From NCBI RefSeq assembly GCF_021028975.2, contig NC_059428.1, positions 156,675,428-156,738,000 on the forward strand: a DNA stretch of 62,573 nucleotides. The letters run 5' to 3'. This DNA is from Sphaerodactylus townsendi (lineage: Eukaryota). The first letter of the stretch is position 1. Each line of letters starts with the position of its first letter. The translations under genes were made by a program, and so were the position numbers. Of this stretch, positions 58,601-62,573 are shown in pieces. The notes under the pieces are model-generated. The model was given only the letters and a program-made list of their open reading frames with translations, had not been told where the DNA came from and did no database searches.

Positions 58601-61600
58601 ACCATGCTGGTGCTGCATTTTTTATGAAAGCGCCATGAGTTAGGCTGGGGGTCATTGCTGCCCACACAACCACCCTGGCAGGGAAGGCTGGGAGATGCTG
58701 CCCAGTAATTGAACTGCTATTGACAGAGAATGCACCAGATCAGAGTGGAGGAGGAGGAGTTTGGATTTATATCCCCCCTTTCTCTCCTGCAGGAGACTCA
58801 AAGGGGCTTACAATCTCCTTGCCCTTCCCCCCTCACAACAAACACCCTGTGAGGTGGGTGGGGCTGAGAGAGCTCCGAGAAGCTGTGACTAGCCCAAGGT
58901 CACCCAGCTGGCGTGTGTGGGAGTGTACAGGCTAATCTGAATTCCCCAGAGAAGCCTCCACAGCTCAGGCGGCAGAGCTGGGAATCAAACCCGGTTCCTC
59001 CAGATTAGAGTGTTGAATCAGGTGCCACGTTAAAGAAGACCGCTTCCCAAATCAAACAAAAGCTGCCTTTCATTTCCCTGCCGCCCTTTTTTATTTTCTC
59101 TGCACAGGATGCTTTGACATTAATCACCCTCCTGGGAGGGAGGGCGCTTACCAGTAGAGGCAAAACACGACTTCTCCAGTTCAGAGCCGGGTTTCCAGGA
59201 AAGAAAGTCGACATTGTCTGTCAACAGGACGCTAGGCTGAGCTTTCCCTGCCGCCCCCCCCCCCCTCTGGAAGTCAAGGTCATTAATGCAGTAAGCAGCT
59301 GGATGCAAAAGAGACGGGTTTTAGTCACCAACAATTTCCTGCAATGTCGCCATCTCCTGCCCTCATCCAGTTTTTGAACAAATTAACTATTTCAGTCAAA
59401 CCCCAGCACAAAAGTAAATATATGACCTAACGTTTATTGGTTTCTTTAAAGCTCAAAAGAAAAGCACTTGACTAAATTTATGGACGATCGGAGACCCCTG
59501 ATAGAGTACGCAGGCAAAACAGAAACAAAATAAATTGTTGGCTAGTGGTTTTGAAGGGTGAGGGCTGTTTAAAATAAGAGCCGGTACAGAAAAGGGAGAC
59601 TTTTAATTAGGAATCATGATGTAGATTTATTTTTGTCGGGATGCTTAATGATCGAGTGCTAAATAAACTTTCTAAGTGTTAATATTCAGGAGTCCTTATG
59701 GAGTACGTACTTTGTAACTTAGTGAATTTTTTAATCTTTGTGTGTGTTGGAAAGCTTTTGAAGTACAGATGTGAATTTCATGTGAAAAAATGTCAGATTC
59801 ATAGGTTACTCTGCTCTTCCACCTCGTCCACTGGGAGGCGGGATCCCTCCTAGAACAGGGCTGGGGCAGGCGTCCTAGTTGCCTAGTGGTTAAGGCCACC
59901 CTAGCATGGATCACGAGTCACAGGCAGTTTGATACAGGCGGAGATGGTCCTTAAACACGCCTTTCCCCAGAGATCTATTTTTACATAAGAACATAAGAAC
60001 GAGCCTGCTGGATCAGACCAGAGTCCATCTAGTCCAGCATTCTGCTACTCGCAATGGCCCACCAGGTGCCTTTGAGAGCTCACGTGCAGGATGTGAAAGC
60101 AATGGCCTTCTGCTGCTGCTGCTCCTGAGCACCTGGTCTGCTAAGGCATTTGCAATCTGAGATCAAGGAGGATCAAGATTGGTAGCCATAGATTGACTTC
60201 TCCTCCATCAATCTGTCCAAGCCCTTTTTAAAGCTATCCAGGTTAGTGGCCATCACCACCTCCTGTGGCAGCATATTCCAAACACCAACCACACGTTGCG
60301 TGAAGAAGTGTTTCCTTTTATTAGTCCTAATTCTTCCCCCCAGCATTTCGAATGAATGCCCCCTGGTTCTAAGTTTTAAGTTTCAAAACAGGGAGAGCAG
60401 CCATCAAAAGACGTCTTCTGTATCAACTTAGATTGTTACTTCCTTTTCTGACCTGTGCATTCATTCCTTTATCTGTCTCTTGTTTAAGACGTGCTGTGTT
60501 GTTTGTCAATAGCGATTCTCTTTGCCACCAGTCTCTGGTTTTACCGAAAGGCTCTGGGGCGTAGGAAGCAACAACAAGTCACTGCTCAGCAGAGAAGGTA
60601 ATTTAATCCACTGTGTCGTGTGAATTTCCAAACACCATGTAATCGAGACTCAAGACACTGATCTTGGAGAAGCATACATTATTCCCTCCGGTTCTATTTT
60701 ATTCTCAAACTTTTTGAAGGGGAACCCCCCTCTAAACTTCCTGTAGTCTTTAGGTCCCACTTGGCAAAGGTCACTCCACGTGAGTGTCTCCCTCCTCAAC
60801 GTAGATCGCAGGAATCTGACCTCAGTTAACACTAGATTTGTACTGTAGCTTCCATGTTCACAAATGTATCCTGTATTTCATGGCCATTTTGCCCTTTATG
60901 CAGAGGCAAAGCCAGATTTGTCGCTAAGCTTCCAAGAGCCACTTTCTACCCGCCGTTTTCTTCCTCATCTTGCACACTGCAAGAGAATCACGACCCGTTT
61001 GTGAACTCCACCGACTGTGGGAGAACCTGTTCCCTCAATGGCTCTCATTTCTTTGAAGGAACTCCTGATAAACTTATGCAAAAGTCTGGTTTTCCCTAGA
61101 AGAGCTTTGAAAACAGCTTCCATATGCTCCCATCCAACTTTCCTGATTTGTTCCTTATTTCAGAACTGAAGAATGATCCGGTAATTCAGAAATATGGGGA
61201 AGAGAAGCGTGGGCTTTCCAGTTACATTCTAACCCTGGATGAGATGCGTCGCCACAACTACCCTCTAGAAGGTGACTGTTGCAATGTGCTTTGAACACAT
61301 TAAAATGTTTTCCCAGGTATTCTGGTAAAGGGTCCAGTGCCAAGGTAAGTGTATGGATGCCTGCTAAACTCTGCATCATGGGTAGGACAGCCTAAAGAAA
61401 GCACATCTTGGAGGTGGCAGGGTAGAAGAAGGGGAGTTTGGATTTATACTCTGCCTTTCTCTCCTTTAAGTACACTAAAGGTGGTTTACAAGCTCCTTTC
61501 CCTTCCTCTCCCCATAACAGACACCTTGTGGGGTAGGCGGGGCTGAGAACGTTCTTGAAAGAGCTGTGACTGGCCCAGGGTCACCCAGCAGGCTTCATAC

Positions 61601-62560
61601 GGAGGAGCGGGGAAACAAACCCAGTTCACCAGAGAAGAGTCTGCCGTCCATGCGGAGGAGCGGGGAAGCAAACCTGGTTCTCCAGATTAGAGGCCACCGC
61701 TCTTAACCACTGCACCACGCTGGCTGTCTAGGATTTGAATTAGGAGCCCTGTTGATCAGCGATGATTTCGTATAGCACCAGGGCAGCCACTGTTCAGAGA
61801 AGGGGAGTACAGACGGTTTTGGGCACAGCAGTCCCACAGTTTTCCTGGCCTGGAAAGTCAGGTGGTGCTGGAGGGCCAATCAGTGGTTGCTGAGGAATAT
61901 AAAGACTTGCAGACCTATTTCCAGCCTTCCAGCCCTCCTGCTGAACCTTGGCTCGATGTGCTTCATTACTGGGCTGGGATTTGGACCCATTTCTATATCC
62001 TGTGTGTCAGCCTCTGTGCTGCACACTGGCTCTTGTGATGGTGTGCTTTGAAAAAAAATGATCTCCGCTTCATTCTGCAGGTGCCAGTGACTGCAGCCAT
62101 TTTGCTTCCCTTGGTCACAAGGTCCTGCTTTCGGATAACAGCCCCCTCTTCGGACTCGACTGCGAAATGGTAATTGTTGTTGACAAAGAACGGTTGATCT
62201 GTGCAAAATAAGGGATGTCAGAGTCCAATGTAGACACTGGATTTTGAAAAAGTTCTGAAGTTCTTGCCACAGGGAACCTTCTCGGGTCTGTTCGCAGTCT
62301 GGAGGTGTAACCTTCGTTCAAAGCGACTCGTTCCTTGCTTTTAGGAACTATGGAAAACCAACAAGGTTAATTCTCTCACAATAGCGAAAAAGGACTGTTG
62401 GGCCAATCAAACCTGAGCCATTCTGAACGGTTCTTTCCTTTTGCCCAGTGTCTCACTGACAGAGGATCCGAACTCACACGAATCTCCGTGGTGCCAGCGG
62501 CCACTGCATCATGGATGAGCTCGTAAAGCCCTCGTTGCCAATAAGGAATTACCTCACAAG
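55551..62560 (+). CDS. REXO5: RNA exonuclease 5 (DEDDh; 5' part, continues beyond window); apparent frameshift in last visible exon
   Basis: join(55551..55685,57641..57762,58107..58233,60513..60597,61164..61271,62081..62169,62449..62560). Peptides LKYAALGK, SQLHFYRFY, DPVIQKYG, SPLFGLDCEMCLT and MDELVKP match REXO5. Head-to-head with ERI2 as in human. Confidence 0.92.
56149..56317. mobile_element. SPIN (Space Invaders)-type hAT MITE
   Basis: cagtggttctcaacct...gaccctttcacaggggttgcctaagac and ggggtcaccacagcatgaggaactgtattgaagggtcgcggcattaggaaggttgagaacca match SPIN/URR1 ends as I recall them; TSD ttattaag. Confidence 0.85.
57068..57205. mobile_element. palindromic hAT MITE
   Basis: TIR caggggtctgcaacct; TSD gcctaaaa. 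Confidence 0.9.
57641..57762 (+). CDS. REXO5: REXO5 coding exon 2
   Basis: EKKPRLSTEAFGEDCKISYDQLYEFLKYAALGK. Confidence 0.92.
58107..58233 (+). CDS. REXO5: REXO5 coding exon 3
   Basis: WCCIRH...SQLHFYRFYTQFKHLRKTFRH|gtaagt. Confidence 0.93.
58748..59010 (-). mobile_element. Squam3-like SINE
   Basis: family sequence, reverse. Confidence 0.86.
59985..60372 (-). mobile_element. CR1 LINE 3' end
   Basis: (CATAAGAA)n tail; reverse strand encodes KRKHFFTQRVVGVWNMLPQEVVMA...FKKGLD. Confidence 0.85.
60513..60597 (+). CDS. REXO5: REXO5 coding exon 4
   Basis: RFSLPPVSGF...|gtaatt, phases fit neighbours. Confidence 0.78.
61164..61271 (+). CDS. REXO5: REXO5 coding exon 5
   Basis: LKNDPVIQKYG...DEMRRHNYPLE. 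Confidence 0.9.
61425..61725 (-). mobile_element. Squam3-like SINE
   Basis: family sequence, reverse. Confidence 0.8.
62081..62169 (+). CDS. REXO5: REXO5 coding exon 6
   Basis: DNSPLFGLDCEM (ExoI motif)|gtaatt. Confidence 0.93.
62449..62560 (+). CDS. REXO5: REXO5 coding exon 7 (frameshifted as assembled)
   Basis: CLTDRGSELTRISVV in one frame, ASGHCIMDELVKPSLPIRNYLT in another; |gtatgt. Confidence 0.85.
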
Positions 62561-62573
62561 GTATGTTTGTAGC

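Noticed and set aside
60904-61005. Extra REXO5 exon after tatgcag
   Set aside because: The required phase reaches a stop with no good donor, and the flanking exons already join in frame.

Overview
Vertebrate nuclear DNA, very likely a squamate reptile and probably a gecko. This is inferred from the repeat complement: Squam3-like CORE SINEs, Sauria and 5S-Sauria SINEs, SPIN and Penelope-like elements. The window holds the conserved block ACSM paralog(+) - THUMPD1(-) - ACSM3(+) - ERI2(-) - REXO5(+, cut off by the window end), the same THUMPD1-ACSM3-ERI2-REXO5 order as in human. I traced all coding exons by GT-AG boundaries and phase. ACSM3 (586 aa), THUMPD1 (316 aa) and ERI2 (670 aa) splice into intact ORFs. 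The upstream ACSM paralog has an apparent 1-nt frameshift exactly where a LINE target-site duplication copied its splice donor, plus one exon carrying scattered but net in-frame insertions. The last visible REXO5 exon has an apparent 4-nt frameshift in the exonuclease domain. Any of these lesions could be assembly error. Introns are dense in transposons, with several nested insertions with readable TSDs, Penelope-like inverted insertions carrying minimal hammerhead ribozyme cores, and a SPIN-type MITE. I found no convincing wholly new biological system. The best leads are the candidate gene lesions and the TE-derived RNA structures.
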